A program made the translations under genes and the position numbers. The notes under the pieces were generated by a model that made no database searches, was not told where the DNA came from, and saw only the letters and a list, made by a program, of their open reading frames with translations. Positions 27,753-37,976 of a stretch of 64,000 bases of DNA are shown piece by piece (position 1 is the stretch's first letter; each line of letters opens with the position of its first letter). This stretch comes from Candidatus Tayloriibacteriota bacterium. Lineage in GTDB: Bacteria > Patescibacteriota > Minisyncoccia > Phycocordibacterales > PALSA-1337. The stretch is from assembly GCA_003151615.1 (NCBI GenBank), contig PLXZ01000003.1, positions 3,545 through 67,544 on the forward strand, read 5' to 3'.

Positions 27753-28547
27753 TTAGAACGTATTTACATTCGGAACTTTTTCGATGCCGTACGCGTGGAC
27801 GCCGTCGGGCAAAACGTCTCCGGCAACAAAAATCTGGTCACCGATGCCGACGTCAACGCTGTTCGCGGAGTTCAGGTTCGGAGGCAGGATGACTTTCCAA
27901 ACGAGGCTGGTTGTCGCCGCATCGTCGATGTCGCTGTCCTGGTCGTCGCTTTTCAAAATGAGAAATGCGGGACCGCCCGGCGTGGCAATGCCCATGAACA
28001 CGACGGTTCCCCGGAACAAGCCTTCATCGTGCGGAGGTTGCCGGACATTGTCATAGAGACTGCCGAGAAAAAATCCCGGCGCTCCGCCGCTTCTCTCCGC
28101 ATGCCATACGGCGGCATGAAGGGATGTTTCCTCGTCAATTGCCAGGCCCGCCAGGATGACTACGACGAAAACTCCGCCGAGCAGATATATGAGCGGACTG
28201 CGGTAGCCGAATTTAAACGAGCGCAAGAGGCGTTCGAGAATCACGAGCAGAACAAGATCGATGAGGAAAAGCCCCCATGGAAAAGTCAGGATAAAAGCCT
28301 TCAGTCCCTGCCAGCCAAAACCGAGTAGAATCAGACGGCCGGAGGCCCGCAGCGAAAACGATATGAAGCTGACGAAAAATGCCGAGGTCAGCAGGATCAT
28401 AAGCGCCACGATTATAATGACGACCATTTTGCCCACGAAGAAGGACTTCGAACGCATGCGAATGTCCCCCGCCTTGATTTTTTCCAGGACGGACTGCATG
28501 ATGTCATTTTTATTCTTGTTTTCGTTGTGATTGTTTTCTGTGTTCAT
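27753..28547 (-). CDS. Hypothetical polytopic membrane protein (possible anti-sigma factor partner of the upstream ECF sigma)
   Basis: Lies immediately downstream of the ECF sigma gene on the same strand. It has 4-5 TM helices and an extracytoplasmic C-terminal domain. Confidence 0.45.
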   Translation of the reverse strand: MNTENNHNENKNKNDIMQSVLEKIKAGDIRMRSKSFFVGKMVVIIIVALMILLTSAFFVSFISFSLRASGRLILLGFGWQGLKAFILTFPWGLFLIDLVLLVILERLLRSFKFGYRSPLIYLLGGVFVVVILAGLAIDEETSLHAAVWHAERSGGAPGFFLGSLYDNVRQPPHDEGLFRGTVVFMGIATPGGPAFLILKSDDQDSDIDDAATTSLVWKVILPPNLNSANSVDVGIGDQIFVAGDVLPDGVHAYGIEKVPNVNTF

Positions 28548-28566
28548 ATATTTTTATTGAAAGTTT

Positions 28567-29166
28567 TTACTCAAAATCCTTGGCCCGCTCCGGCAATTGC
28601 TTCTTCAGGAATTCCTTGGCCCGTTTGAGCCTGATGCCGACGGTGCCGATCGGCACGCGGAGGATGTCGGCGATTTCCTTGTAACTCAACTCCTCTAAAT
28701 AATACAAAACAATGATTTCGCGGTAATTCGGCGGCAAGCCCGCGAGACCGCGGTCGATCAAAACACGCATCTCTTTTTGTTCGCGGTCGGCCGGCGCCGT
28801 GTCGTCGTAGGTCGGATGCGCCACAAGCGTGTCAAAATCAATGAACGAAACCGGATTGCGCGAATTTTTCTTTATGGCATTTACGAACATGTTGTGCGCG
28901 ATGCGATAAATCCAAGGCGAAAAACGCTGGTCAGGATCAAAACTTTTGATGCCCTGATACGTTTTGATGAAAACTTCCTGAACCGCGTCGGTGACATTTT
29001 CCTTGTCAGAGAGAAATTTCCGGCCATAGCGAAGAAGCTTTTTCTCATAGCGCTCCATGAGTACGGCAAATTTATCCTTGTCCCCGTGCTGGACGAGCAA
29101 AGCCACTTCTTCGTCGGAAAGCGCAACAGTTTCCGGTTCGGCCGAATTTTCTTCAGTTTCGAGCAT
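28567..29166 (-). CDS. RNA polymerase sigma-70 factor, ECF subfamily
   Basis: Region 2 (FIKTYQGIKSFDPDQRFSPWIYRIAHN) and the region 4 HTH (LSYKEIADILRVPIGTVGIRLKRA). Confidence 0.85.
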   Translation of the reverse strand: MLETEENSAEPETVALSDEEVALLVQHGDKDKFAVLMERYEKKLLRYGRKFLSDKENVTDAVQEVFIKTYQGIKSFDPDQRFSPWIYRIAHNMFVNAIKKNSRNPVSFIDFDTLVAHPTYDDTAPADREQKEMRVLIDRGLAGLPPNYREIIVLYYLEELSYKEIADILRVPIGTVGIRLKRAKEFLKKQLPERAKDFE

Positions 29167-29413
29167 GTGTGCATTATATACCTTTTTATAAGGCCTGCCC
29201 GAGATAGTACAGTTATTACGAGAGTTTTATTCCAAGCGAATAGTTGCAACTATTTTTAGTGTATAATTAGTGTTTCAAGTATATGAACGCACCATTCATT
29301 AAAAATCAAAATAGCGCGGATAACTCTGCGGAAAATAAAGCTATTATCGCGATATTAAAAGCTCAACAGGAACCAACATTGAAAGGTGATTTGCGCGACC
29401 TCTTAAATGAAGT

Positions 29414-30247
29414 TTAACTCAAATCTTTGAGTTTCTTCGCCTTACTTGACTGAAAATTCTCGCTCGACAACGCGCGTTTGCCGGTCTTTTCTTCTATTTT
29501 TTTACGCGCATCCCCCGCAATGCCGCCACCTGCGCGGGCTACGCTTTTGTGTTCATCAATATTTTTCGGCTCATCTTTTTTTGAGATTTCCGTCGTGGCG
29601 GTTTCAGCCAACATGTTCAAAACCAGTTCGAGGTTCATCATATTGTCACGCAAATTTTCCTTTTTCAAGCCTTTAAAATTTTTGTAGTCGCGCGTGCGCA
29701 AACCGGCCCACGCAAAAGTGATTTCGTCCGTCAACACCGCAAAATCAGTCGGCGATTTAACGCCACCCTTTTCCCATTCGTCGGTCAAATCTTTTCGTAT
29801 CTCGATGGACTTGAGACGCTGATTGATCCAGCTCAAACTGTAACCTTTCTTCAAATATGTCCGCAAAGCGCGGTTAATTGCCAGTTCCGGGTCCTCGGTT
29901 TCTTCAACGCGTTCATACCCGACGCGGGCTAACCAGAGTTTAAATGGTTCAGCTTTTGGAGATGGAATTGATTGTATAATACGGAATATTGTCTCGGTGT
30001 CGGCGACGTCGGTTTCTCGTTGTTTCCCGTCTTCAGCAATCATTTTCAACTGTCCGATTTTTGCGGACAGTTCACTTCCCTCGTCGTTAAGGCGTCTTTT
30101 GAGATCATCCCAGTATTTTCGGGGTCGGTCGCTACCAGATAATGCCGCCACAACGTCAACAACCGAGAAAAACCATTTCTCGCTTTTCTCGTCCCATGAT
30201 TTTCTGATTGTCGCGCCTTCGAATAAAGCGACTGCGGTTTTTTCCAT
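29414..30247 (-). CDS. dinD: DNA-damage-inducible protein D homolog (Bro-N/KilA-N-like N-terminal domain)
   Basis: An N-terminal Bro-N-like block (KWFFSVVDVVAALSGS). The C-terminal half aligns with E. coli DinD (TDFAV..KGLKKENLRDNM..ELVLNMLAETATTEISKK). Confidence 0.8.
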   Translation of the reverse strand: MEKTAVALFEGATIRKSWDEKSEKWFFSVVDVVAALSGSDRPRKYWDDLKRRLNDEGSELSAKIGQLKMIAEDGKQRETDVADTETIFRIIQSIPSPKAEPFKLWLARVGYERVEETEDPELAINRALRTYLKKGYSLSWINQRLKSIEIRKDLTDEWEKGGVKSPTDFAVLTDEITFAWAGLRTRDYKNFKGLKKENLRDNMMNLELVLNMLAETATTEISKKDEPKNIDEHKSVARAGGGIAGDARKKIEEKTGKRALSSENFQSSKAKKLKDLS

Positions 30248-30326
30248 GCAGTAATTTTACGCTCATGGTTGAAATACGCAACTGGCGCAGGATATTTTTT
30301 TGTGTCTTATTCAGAATTGAGTTCCA

Positions 30327-30945
30327 TTATTTTTTTGAAATGGAATTCAAAGTTATGTCGGCAAGATTTTTACACCCCGCCATACGCATACATTCCTTGA
30401 GTTCAGTATCAAGAATATTCAGGACATCAACAAGTCCATCTTTGCCGTTCATTGCCAAGCCATACAAAGCAGGCCTTCCAATAAGGACAGCTTTTGCTCC
30501 CAGGGCTAAAGCTTTGAAAATATCGGCTCCATTTCTAACACCACCATCAAGATACACGTCAATCTTTTCTTTTATGTCGGATGAAAGCATTGTCAGACTA
30601 TCGAGCGTTGCAATGGCCTCATCGTTTTGTCGGCCACCATGATTTGAAACCACAATAGCTTTAGCCCCAACTTCGATAGCCTTTTTGGCGTCATCATTGC
30701 TCAAAATTCCCTTGAGGATAACTGGCAGTTTTGTATATGAGATAATCTCTTTAATGACATCCCAATTGAGAACCATCGGCATATATTTCTCATAGTAATC
30801 ATCGAGAGTTGTATACGGTAAGGCTGAATTTTCAGGAAATACCGGCAGTCTTTTGAATATAATCCGTCAGACTTGGACCAAGCTTTTCTATGACAGCTTT
30901 TTGATAGTCAGCTATATTTTGAAGTTTTTTAACCTTCATAGCAAC
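30327..30945 (-). pseudogene. Disrupted FMN-dependent alpha-hydroxy-acid dehydrogenase (LldD/glycolate-oxidase family) remnant
   Basis: The 151-aa ORF carries only the C-terminal half (SNHGGRQ and the TIM-barrel end). Upstream on the same strand a 35-aa ORF (MKVKKLQNIADYQKAVIEKLGPSLTDYIQKTAGIS*) matches the family N-terminus and is then interrupted. About 150 aa of the middle are missing. Confidence 0.6.
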
Positions 30946-30974
30946 ATTATACTATACAAAAAAACCAACCCTAT

Positions 30975-32348
30975 CTATTCAACAAACGTAAGAGCTTTCC
31001 CTTTCTTGCCACCTCTGCCGGTTCGGCCGATGCGATGGACATAGTCGTCGTAGGTTGCGGGAATTTCGAAGTTGATGACGTGGGTAACGCCGGAGATGTC
31101 GAGGCCGCGGGCCGCAACGTCGGTGGCGACGAGAACTTGCACGTGGCTCTGCTTGAACATGGTCAGAGCTTTCTGTCGGCTGCCGTGAGTTTTATCTCCG
31201 TGAATCGAGTCTGTCTTGAATCCGCGATCATTCAAAATTTTCGCCAATTTTTCGGCACCGTGTTTTGTGCGGGTGAAAACGAGAACTTTGCCAAAGCCGG
31301 GTTGCGTGAGCAGATCCGACAAAACATCTACTTTCATTTTCCCTGAAGGCACGCGCACGACGTCCTGATCCACATTTTTTGCGGTGTCCTGAGTTTTTAC
31401 CGAAATTCGCGCGGGATTATACAAAAACTGATTGATCAGAGCTTCGATTTCGCGCGACAATGTCGCGGAGAAAAACAATGTGTGACGCTTTCCCGTCGGC
31501 GGCATAGCCGGCATTTTGCTCATGAAAAATTTCATGTCGGCAATGAATCCCATGTCGAGCATGCGGTCTGCTTCGTCCAAAACAACTGTATTAAAAAGAG
31601 CGAGGTTCAAAACTTTTCGTTCGATGAGGTCCTTGATTCGTCCCGGCGTACCGATGACAAAGTTATTGTGATAGCGGAGTTCGCGGATCTGCGGACCGAT
31701 TGGCGCGCCGCCGACGACACAGACCGAAAAAATCTTCAAACTGTCACGATTTGTCGCAATGCCGGCAAAACCTTTCAATTCCTGGTCAATCTGAATTGCC
31801 AATTCGCGGGTCGGGGCGCAGATGAGAATGTTTTCCTTTTGGCCTTGACCTTTATCCTGTGCAGCCAACACTTTGCTGATAAGGGGAATGAGAAATGCCG
31901 CCGTCTTGCCGGTACCCGTGTTTGCGATGCCGACGACGTCTTCACCTCGGAGAATATGAGGAATGACACGGTCCTGAATCGGAGTCGGAGCCGTGTAGCC
32001 TTTCGTCAGAATATTTTTCTTGAGACGTTCGTCGATGGCGAAGTCCGTGAAGTTGTGTTCGGGTTTGAAAACGTCTACTTCTTCAGTAATGACGGCCTTG
32101 TTGATGAAACGCGCAACGTCAATGCGTTCGCCTTTCGGTCCGCCGCCTCGGCCTCCTCTACCCCCGCCGTATCCGCCGCGACTTCCGCCAGAGCCACCAT
32201 AACCGCCGCGAGAACTGTAACCACCTGAACGCGGTGCGTATCCGCCACGCGAAGGAGCACCGAAACGCGAAGCGCTTCGGGGTGTAAAACCGCCGGACCG
32301 CGGTGATCGCGATGCCGAGCTTGATGATGAGTTTCCTTTAGGATTCAT
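30975..32348 (-). CDS. DEAD-box ATP-dependent RNA helicase with RGG/SR-rich N-terminal extension
   Basis: Q-motif, Walker A (ANTGTGKTAAF), DEAD (VVLDEADRMLDMGF), SAT, and the HRIGRTGR motif VI. The first ~85 aa are Gly/Arg/Ser/Tyr-rich. Confidence 0.9.
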   Translation of the reverse strand: MNPKGNSSSSSASRSPRSGGFTPRSASRFGAPSRGGYAPRSGGYSSRGGYGGSGGSRGGYGGGRGGRGGGPKGERIDVARFINKAVITEEVDVFKPEHNFTDFAIDERLKKNILTKGYTAPTPIQDRVIPHILRGEDVVGIANTGTGKTAAFLIPLISKVLAAQDKGQGQKENILICAPTRELAIQIDQELKGFAGIATNRDSLKIFSVCVVGGAPIGPQIRELRYHNNFVIGTPGRIKDLIERKVLNLALFNTVVLDEADRMLDMGFIADMKFFMSKMPAMPPTGKRHTLFFSATLSREIEALINQFLYNPARISVKTQDTAKNVDQDVVRVPSGKMKVDVLSDLLTQPGFGKVLVFTRTKHGAEKLAKILNDRGFKTDSIHGDKTHGSRQKALTMFKQSHVQVLVATDVAARGLDISGVTHVINFEIPATYDDYVHRIGRTGRGGKKGKALTFVE

Positions 32349-32407
32349 GAGGTGCTAAGAGTATATTAAATTAGGACGATTGTCAAGAAATGCCCGCGTA
32401 CAAACAA

Positions 32408-32437
32408 AAAAGAAACCATAGCGGTTTCTTTTTTGAG
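32408..32437 (-). terminator. Rho-independent terminator for the doxX-like gene
   Basis: agaaaccgctatggtttct hairpin followed by tttttgtttg on the minus strand. Confidence 0.6.
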
Positions 32438-32462
32438 CTTTTATCTTTTATAAAGCAGCAAA

Positions 32463-32852
32463 CTAGATCGACCATGCCCACGGCAATGCGATCCCGAACA
32501 CCATGAAAAGCGCACCGATGATTGCGACATTTTTCATGAACTGAATCTTATCCATTTGTTTTGCATGAGGATCAGTAACCTTCCAATATGCGTGAATTTT
32601 GAATGAAACGCCGACAAGGAAGATGACGAGGAGCAAGATACCAACTCGAGGCCATGCGCCGAGAAGAATCGAAAGTCCGCCGAGAAGAGCGAGAATTCCG
32701 GAACCGATAACTGCCGTTTTTGTCGACTTTACGCCTTTTGACTGGGCATAGCCGGCAAGCATCGCCGAATTTTTGAAGTGTCCGTACGCGACGTCAAGCC
32801 AATAAATGCCGAAAATAATGCGTCCGATAAGTAACAGAATTGCTATTGTCAT
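32463..32852 (-). CDS. DoxX-family membrane protein
   Basis: 129 aa with 4 TM helices. Confidence 0.7.
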   Translation of the reverse strand: MTIAILLLIGRIIFGIYWLDVAYGHFKNSAMLAGYAQSKGVKSTKTAVIGSGILALLGGLSILLGAWPRVGILLLVIFLVGVSFKIHAYWKVTDPHAKQMDKIQFMKNVAIIGALFMVFGIALPWAWSI

Positions 32853-32911
32853 GTAATTTTGTATAAATTAATAAATACCGTTAAGTGTCTTCGGCGCTAT
32901 GATATACTATT

Positions 32912-34576
32912 TTGATGCCGGAATCAACCAACAGCAGCGCTTTTTTCGACAGCCTCAAACCTGGCTTCAAAGGCGATCTTGACGCCTCCGACGCGACCCT
33001 CGCCGCGTATTCGCACGACGCCAGCCTCTTCACCCTCCGTCCGCGAATCGTGGTTTTTCCAAAAGATTCCGTCGACGTGCAGGCGCTCGTGAAATGGGTA
33101 AACTCAAACCGCGTCGCGCATCCCGAACTCTCCATCACCGCGCGTTCAGCAGGCACCGATATGTCGGGAGGCTCGATCAATCACTCTATTATATGTGACT
33201 TCACCCGCTACATGAATGCAATCGGCGAAGTGAATGCGGAATTCGGAACGGTTCAGCCAGGCTGTTTTTATCGCAATTTCGAAAAAGAAACGCTCAAATA
33301 CGGCGCAATCATGCCCACCTACCCTGCTTCGCGCGAAATCTGCGCGGTCGGCGGGATGGTCTCGAATAATTCGGGCGGAGAAAAAAGCTTGAAGTATGGA
33401 AAAACAGCGGATCATGTCGATCAATTGAAAGTGGTCTTCACGGATGGAAATGAATATGTCGTGAAGCCATTGACCGCCGATGAAATCAAGACGAAAATTT
33501 GCGGCAATTCTTTTGAAGCAGAACTCTACAAAAAACTGTGGGATTTGATTCAAAAAAATTATGACGCTATAAAAGCGGCGAAACCTGACGTCTCGAAAAA
33601 CTCCGCCGGCTACTATTTATGGAATGTATACGACAAAAAAACCGGTATTTTTGATCTGTGCCAGCTCATTGTTGGATCGCAAGGCACGCTCGGTTTCGTT
33701 ACCGAAATTACTTTCAAATTAGTGCCAGTTGAACCGTTTTCAAACATGCTTGTCGTCTTTTTACCAAACCTCACCCATCTCGCCGACATTGTCGATGAAA
33801 TCGCGCCTGCAAAACCGGACAGTGAGGAATCATATGACGATTACAGTATGAATCTCGCTGTTAAATTCTTCTTTGACTTCTTCAAGGAGCTCGGTTTCTG
33901 GGGTGCGATAAAACTCGGCTTTCAATTTATTCCCGACGCATGGGACGTTCTCATTTCCGGACACATTCCAAAATTGATTCTCATGGTCGAATTCACCGGA
34001 AAAACGGAAAAAGAAATTCGCGACAGGCTCGTTGCGTTGAAGGCGCAGATAGCCCACTTCGGCTATAAAATCCACATCGCGCGTTCATCCGCGGAAGCCG
34101 ACAAATACTGGCGCATCCGCCGCGAGAGCTTCAATCTTCTGCGTAAACACACGAAAGGTAAAAAAACTGCTCCTTTCATCGACGACATTATTGTAAAGCC
34201 TGAATACTTGCCGGAATTTTTGCCGAAGGTCCAGGCCCTCATCAACGAATATAAATTAATTTACACGATCGCGGGACATCCCGGCAACGGAAATTTTCAT
34301 ATCATTCCTCTCATGGACCTCAATTCCCCTCTTTCGGCCGACATCATTTTGGAACTGTCGAAAAAAGTCTACGACCTCGTCCACGAATATCACGGCTCGA
34401 TTACGGCAGAACATAATGACGGTATTATCCGTACGCCATATCTCCTACAAATGTACGGGACGGAAATGATCGCCCTGTTTCAGCAGACAAAAAATATTTT
34501 TGATTCTGCAAACATTTTCAACCCTGGAAAAAAAGTCGGCGGCACGTTTGACGACATCAGAAAGGCAATAAAATAA
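32912..34576 (+). CDS. FAD-binding oxidoreductase (FAD-linked oxidase, GlcD/D-lactate dehydrogenase family)
   Basis: An FAD_binding_4 N-terminal domain (RSAGTDMSGGS) and a C-terminal FAD-oxidase domain (HPGNGNFH). Confidence 0.85.
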   Translation: MMPESTNSSAFFDSLKPGFKGDLDASDATLAAYSHDASLFTLRPRIVVFPKDSVDVQALVKWVNSNRVAHPELSITARSAGTDMSGGSINHSIICDFTRYMNAIGEVNAEFGTVQPGCFYRNFEKETLKYGAIMPTYPASREICAVGGMVSNNSGGEKSLKYGKTADHVDQLKVVFTDGNEYVVKPLTADEIKTKICGNSFEAELYKKLWDLIQKNYDAIKAAKPDVSKNSAGYYLWNVYDKKTGIFDLCQLIVGSQGTLGFVTEITFKLVPVEPFSNMLVVFLPNLTHLADIVDEIAPAKPDSEESYDDYSMNLAVKFFFDFFKELGFWGAIKLGFQFIPDAWDVLISGHIPKLILMVEFTGKTEKEIRDRLVALKAQIAHFGYKIHIARSSAEADKYWRIRRESFNLLRKHTKGKKTAPFIDDIIVKPEYLPEFLPKVQALINEYKLIYTIAGHPGNGNFHIIPLMDLNSPLSADIILELSKKVYDLVHEYHGSITAEHNDGIIRTPYLLQMYGTEMIALFQQTKNIFDSANIFNPGKKVGGTFDDIRKAIK

Positions 34577-34679
34577 GCTGTACAAACTCGCCCGCGGCCT
34601 TATTGCCAAAATAATAATCGGGAGTATACTCATGCCAGCACGGTAAAAACAACAAAAGCCCTTCAAAAATAAGGACGTT

Positions 34680-35258
34680 ATGAAAAATGACATTGTAAAA
34701 CCGCAGTTGGAAATTCACCGCGCCACTGTCTGTCTTTTCATAAAACAGGCGCGGGCAACGGGCGACCCTTCATGGGTCTATCTCGCCATCAAAGGCGACA
34801 AAATAGGCAAAGGCTTCAGGAACGGCTACGGCGGAAAAATCGAACCGAACGAAACTCCGCGGCAGTGCACTGCGCGCGAAGTTCATACGGAAAGCGGCGG
34901 CGTCATCGTCGATCCAAAGCTCCTGCGATACATGGCGCTCGGCGAATTCGTTACAAACAATGAGAACGGGACAAAAACCGTCTTCAAAGTCAACTTTTTC
35001 CTCGCCGAAGAATGGATCGGTGAATTTCGCGACACCCCGGAAATGTTCGGCGGCGCGTGGTATCCCGTTGACAGACTCCCGACCAATGAACTGATGCTCG
35101 ACAACCGGGAATGGCTCGGCGAGGTCCTGAAAAATAATGCAAATTACGAACGGAGCTGTAAATCCTATCTGATCGAGGCTGTTTACGGGCCGAGACAGGA
35201 ATCTCTCCTGCAACCTGTTATTCTGACTGCCTTGGATCGCAGGATGGAAATTGACTGA
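34680..35258 (+). CDS. NUDIX hydrolase
   Basis: GGKIEPNETPRQCTAREVHTESGG fits the Nudix box Gx5Ex7REUxEExG with one deviation. Confidence 0.6.
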   Translation: MKNDIVKPQLEIHRATVCLFIKQARATGDPSWVYLAIKGDKIGKGFRNGYGGKIEPNETPRQCTAREVHTESGGVIVDPKLLRYMALGEFVTNNENGTKTVFKVNFFLAEEWIGEFRDTPEMFGGAWYPVDRLPTNELMLDNREWLGEVLKNNANYERSCKSYLIEAVYGPRQESLLQPVILTALDRRMEID

Positions 35259-35280
35259 TAGAAAGTCGGAAAATAAAGAG

Positions 35281-35317
35281 GCGCAACCATTTGCTGGTTG
35301 CGCCTTGTTTTTTTGAA
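35281..35317 (+). terminator. Rho-independent terminator (bidirectional)
   Basis: aggcgcaaccatttgctggttgcgcct hairpin followed by tgttttttt. Confidence 0.75.
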
Positions 35318-35330
35318 TACCGTTCGGCGT

Positions 35331-35888
35331 TTACATACCGCTTTTCCGTTTCACGCACGGAAGCCGAAGCAAAGCCCCTAAATTGCGTATCGTGTGATGC
35401 GGTATCTGAAACAAGTTTGCCGGCCGTGCCGCGGCGTATGAACCGTGGAGCATGCGGACAGTCGTAAAACCAAGCATGTTCCCGTAATAGATTTCGGAAT
35501 CAATCCTGTTGCCGATGACGACAACGTGCCGACCCCAAATCCTGTCGTTTTCATGGGAGTTTTCGCGATATTGCTTCGCTATGGCGCGAAAGGCGTCCTC
35601 CTTGTCCTCATTTTTTTCGACAATATGAATCTCGGAAAAAATGTTTTCAAGACCAAGACGCACCCCAAGGAGCAAGCTTTTCTGAGTCTGTGTCACTTTG
35701 TCGCCTGCAGTGACCAGCACTTTCGGACCGTCGAGCACTGAAAGGACTTCCTTCGCGTCCGGCATAAATTGAAGCCGGAGGCGGAAATAATCGGTTTCCT
35801 CCGACCAAGACTTCTTCCACCCGCTGGTGTCGCAGAGCGTATCGTCAAGGTCGAAAAGATAGAGCCGTTTGTTGTTGTTCGCATTCAT
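35331..35888 (-). CDS. HAD-family hydrolase
   Basis: LFDLDDTL motif I (DxDxT) and a downstream Rossmannoid HAD core. Confidence 0.7.
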   Translation of the reverse strand: MNANNNKRLYLFDLDDTLCDTSGWKKSWSEETDYFRLRLQFMPDAKEVLSVLDGPKVLVTAGDKVTQTQKSLLLGVRLGLENIFSEIHIVEKNEDKEDAFRAIAKQYRENSHENDRIWGRHVVVIGNRIDSEIYYGNMLGFTTVRMLHGSYAAARPANLFQIPHHTIRNLGALLRLPCVKRKSGM

Positions 35889-36874
35889 ATGTTTGCGATG
35901 AGTGAAGCGGTTTTTTCGTGATGGCGGATGATGTCTCCGGACTGGTCGGCCACATCGACGGGAATGACGGTGTCAGCCAGCGTTTCCAGTTTTTTCGCGT
36001 CAAACTTGACGGGAAATGCCATTTCCAATTCGTAGCGCCGGAGAATTTCCGGCCGGATTGCGCCGTCATTTGCAATGACAACGTCGAATTTGTCCCTGCC
36101 GATTTTACCAAGAATTTTTTCGGCAAACATGGAAGCGGAATAGTCGTGCGTTTCGGCTTTTTTCGTCATGATATTCACGACGAGAATCAGCCGCGCATTC
36201 GTTTCCGCAATTGCTTCTTTGAAACCCGCAACCAGCGTATTCGGAAGAATTGAAGTGTATAAATCCCCGGGACAAAAAACTATTTTATCCGCAGAAACCA
36301 ATGCTTCGTATGCTCCCGTGTAGATATTGGCGACTGGTTCCAGATATGCGTCGGATACGCTTCGCGCATCCCCGATGGGACGCATGTCAATCTTGCCTTC
36401 GCCTTTCAAAACCGTGCCGTCGCTCAATCGAACGCAGAGTTCCGCGTCAGTGAGGCTCACCGGCAAAACTTTTCCCTTCACGCGAAACCACGTGCAGAGA
36501 ACGTCAATCGCCGCGGGCATGCTTCCCGTTATTTCGGCAAGCGCAGTCAGCATGATGTTGCCGACCGTGGCGCCGTCGAGAGATGCACCATTACTGCGTT
36601 TGAAACGGTAGGCCAAAAGTGCCCGCAATTCATGGGCAATTTTGTCGTCGGATAAGGCAAGAACCGCCTGGCGGACGTCGCCCGGAGGCAGAACGCCGTG
36701 TTCGTCACGAAGTTCGCCGGAGTGTCCACCATGATCAAACATGGTCTGGATGGTGGTGATGTTGTCCCGGATGTTTTTCAGATGTCGGGCAATGCGGAAA
36801 ACTCCGCCTCCCCCGCCGACAAGCACGATCGATTCATGCATGCCGCTTTTTCTGGCATTTTTTTCAGAAGTCAT
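35885..36874 (-). CDS. yvcK: YvcK/UPF0052 family gluconeogenesis factor (CofD-like)
   Basis: VLVGGGGG ... FDHGGHSGELR ... LPPGDVRQ are conserved blocks of the YvcK/CofD family. Confidence 0.85.
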   Translation of the reverse strand: MTSEKNARKSGMHESIVLVGGGGGVFRIARHLKNIRDNITTIQTMFDHGGHSGELRDEHGVLPPGDVRQAVLALSDDKIAHELRALLAYRFKRSNGASLDGATVGNIMLTALAEITGSMPAAIDVLCTWFRVKGKVLPVSLTDAELCVRLSDGTVLKGEGKIDMRPIGDARSVSDAYLEPVANIYTGAYEALVSADKIVFCPGDLYTSILPNTLVAGFKEAIAETNARLILVVNIMTKKAETHDYSASMFAEKILGKIGRDKFDVVIANDGAIRPEILRRYELEMAFPVKFDAKKLETLADTVIPVDVADQSGDIIRHHEKTASLIANI

Positions 36875-36988
36875 AATTCCCTTCGTATTTGATTGTCAAA
36901 AGACAATAGGTTTACTGTGTCAGACTAAATTAGACTGAACTGAGATTACCTTCTCCACGCCAAAAAAGCAATTAGAGGGAGGTGTAAA

Positions 36989-37942
36989 TTATTGAACCGA
37001 AGAAGCGGATGTTGAAGCTGATACGGAAGCAGAAACACCGCCACCCAAAGCCTCGACGCCTTTCACGATAGATTTTGCGTCTTCCGTGGCGGCCTTGATG
37101 TCGCTGTTAGCTGTCTGGATATCAGCGCGGGCGGTTTTGAGAGCTGCGGCGTTGCTTGTGGCAATTGTCGCATCGCCGTTATCCGGAGTAAGACTTGCAG
37201 TGACGTTGACCGCTGCTGTTGTCTGCGTCTGAACATCGGCCATTTTTGCATTCAAATCTGAGAGCGATGCCTGAAGAGAAGCGACATTTTTGCCGGCTGA
37301 TTGAGCCGCCGTGATTCGTGTCTGGAGTTTCGCCGAAAGAGTCGCCATCGACGTTACAATCGTCTGCGCACGATCAGCTGCAGCCAAGATTTCAAGCTGT
37401 GGAATGACCAGAACATACACGCGATAGTCTTTCGTTATCGACTGCATGTCCATACGGAGAGGAGATGAACTCGACAAATCGCCGCGGGCCCCGGTTGGCG
37501 TGGAACTTGCGTCAACCTGGATTTTTTCCTGGAGCGTGGTAAGTTCGGATATCAAATTTTGAACTTCAGTTGAAATCGTTGTCTTTTCCGAAGCGGAAAT
37601 TTTCACCATCGCGTTCACGCGAGTCAACAGATTATTGAGAGAAGCGATTCGGGCCGTTATTTCGGCGTTCGAACGTTTGTCTATTTTACCGATATCCTGA
37701 TCTTGGCGCTGTTCTAGCATTTGTTGACGGGTCGTTGAAGATTCCCTTTTCATTGAAGTGCTTGCCGACGCAGACACCCCTGAAGAAATGTTTGCTTTGA
37801 TGATTCCAGTTTTTACTGTAGCCGAAACTCCCGCACTGGCTGATATTTGCGCAGAAGCGCTCGCAACCGCAATGCTTGCGGCCAATAGAGTGGCGGTAAT
37901 TGTTCCTGCACTATATTTTATGATGTTATTTTTTATATTCAT
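36989..37942 (-). CDS. Hypothetical secreted alpha-helical Ala/Ser/Thr-rich protein
   Basis: Signal peptide/TM at the N-terminus, followed by a long low-complexity coiled-coil-like body. The C-terminus ends ...SSVQ. Confidence 0.5.
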   Translation of the reverse strand: MNIKNNIIKYSAGTITATLLAASIAVASASAQISASAGVSATVKTGIIKANISSGVSASASTSMKRESSTTRQQMLEQRQDQDIGKIDKRSNAEITARIASLNNLLTRVNAMVKISASEKTTISTEVQNLISELTTLQEKIQVDASSTPTGARGDLSSSSPLRMDMQSITKDYRVYVLVIPQLEILAAADRAQTIVTSMATLSAKLQTRITAAQSAGKNVASLQASLSDLNAKMADVQTQTTAAVNVTASLTPDNGDATIATSNAAALKTARADIQTANSDIKAATEDAKSIVKGVEALGGGVSASVSASTSASSVQ

Positions 37943-37976
37943 ATATTTATATTATATTTAAAATAATGCCGAAAAA

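Noticed and set aside
30301-30326. Possible LexA box (gaattgagttc) upstream of dinD
   Set aside because: The spacing is GAAT-N3-GTTC rather than GAAC-N4-GTTC. It is not a convincing operator.
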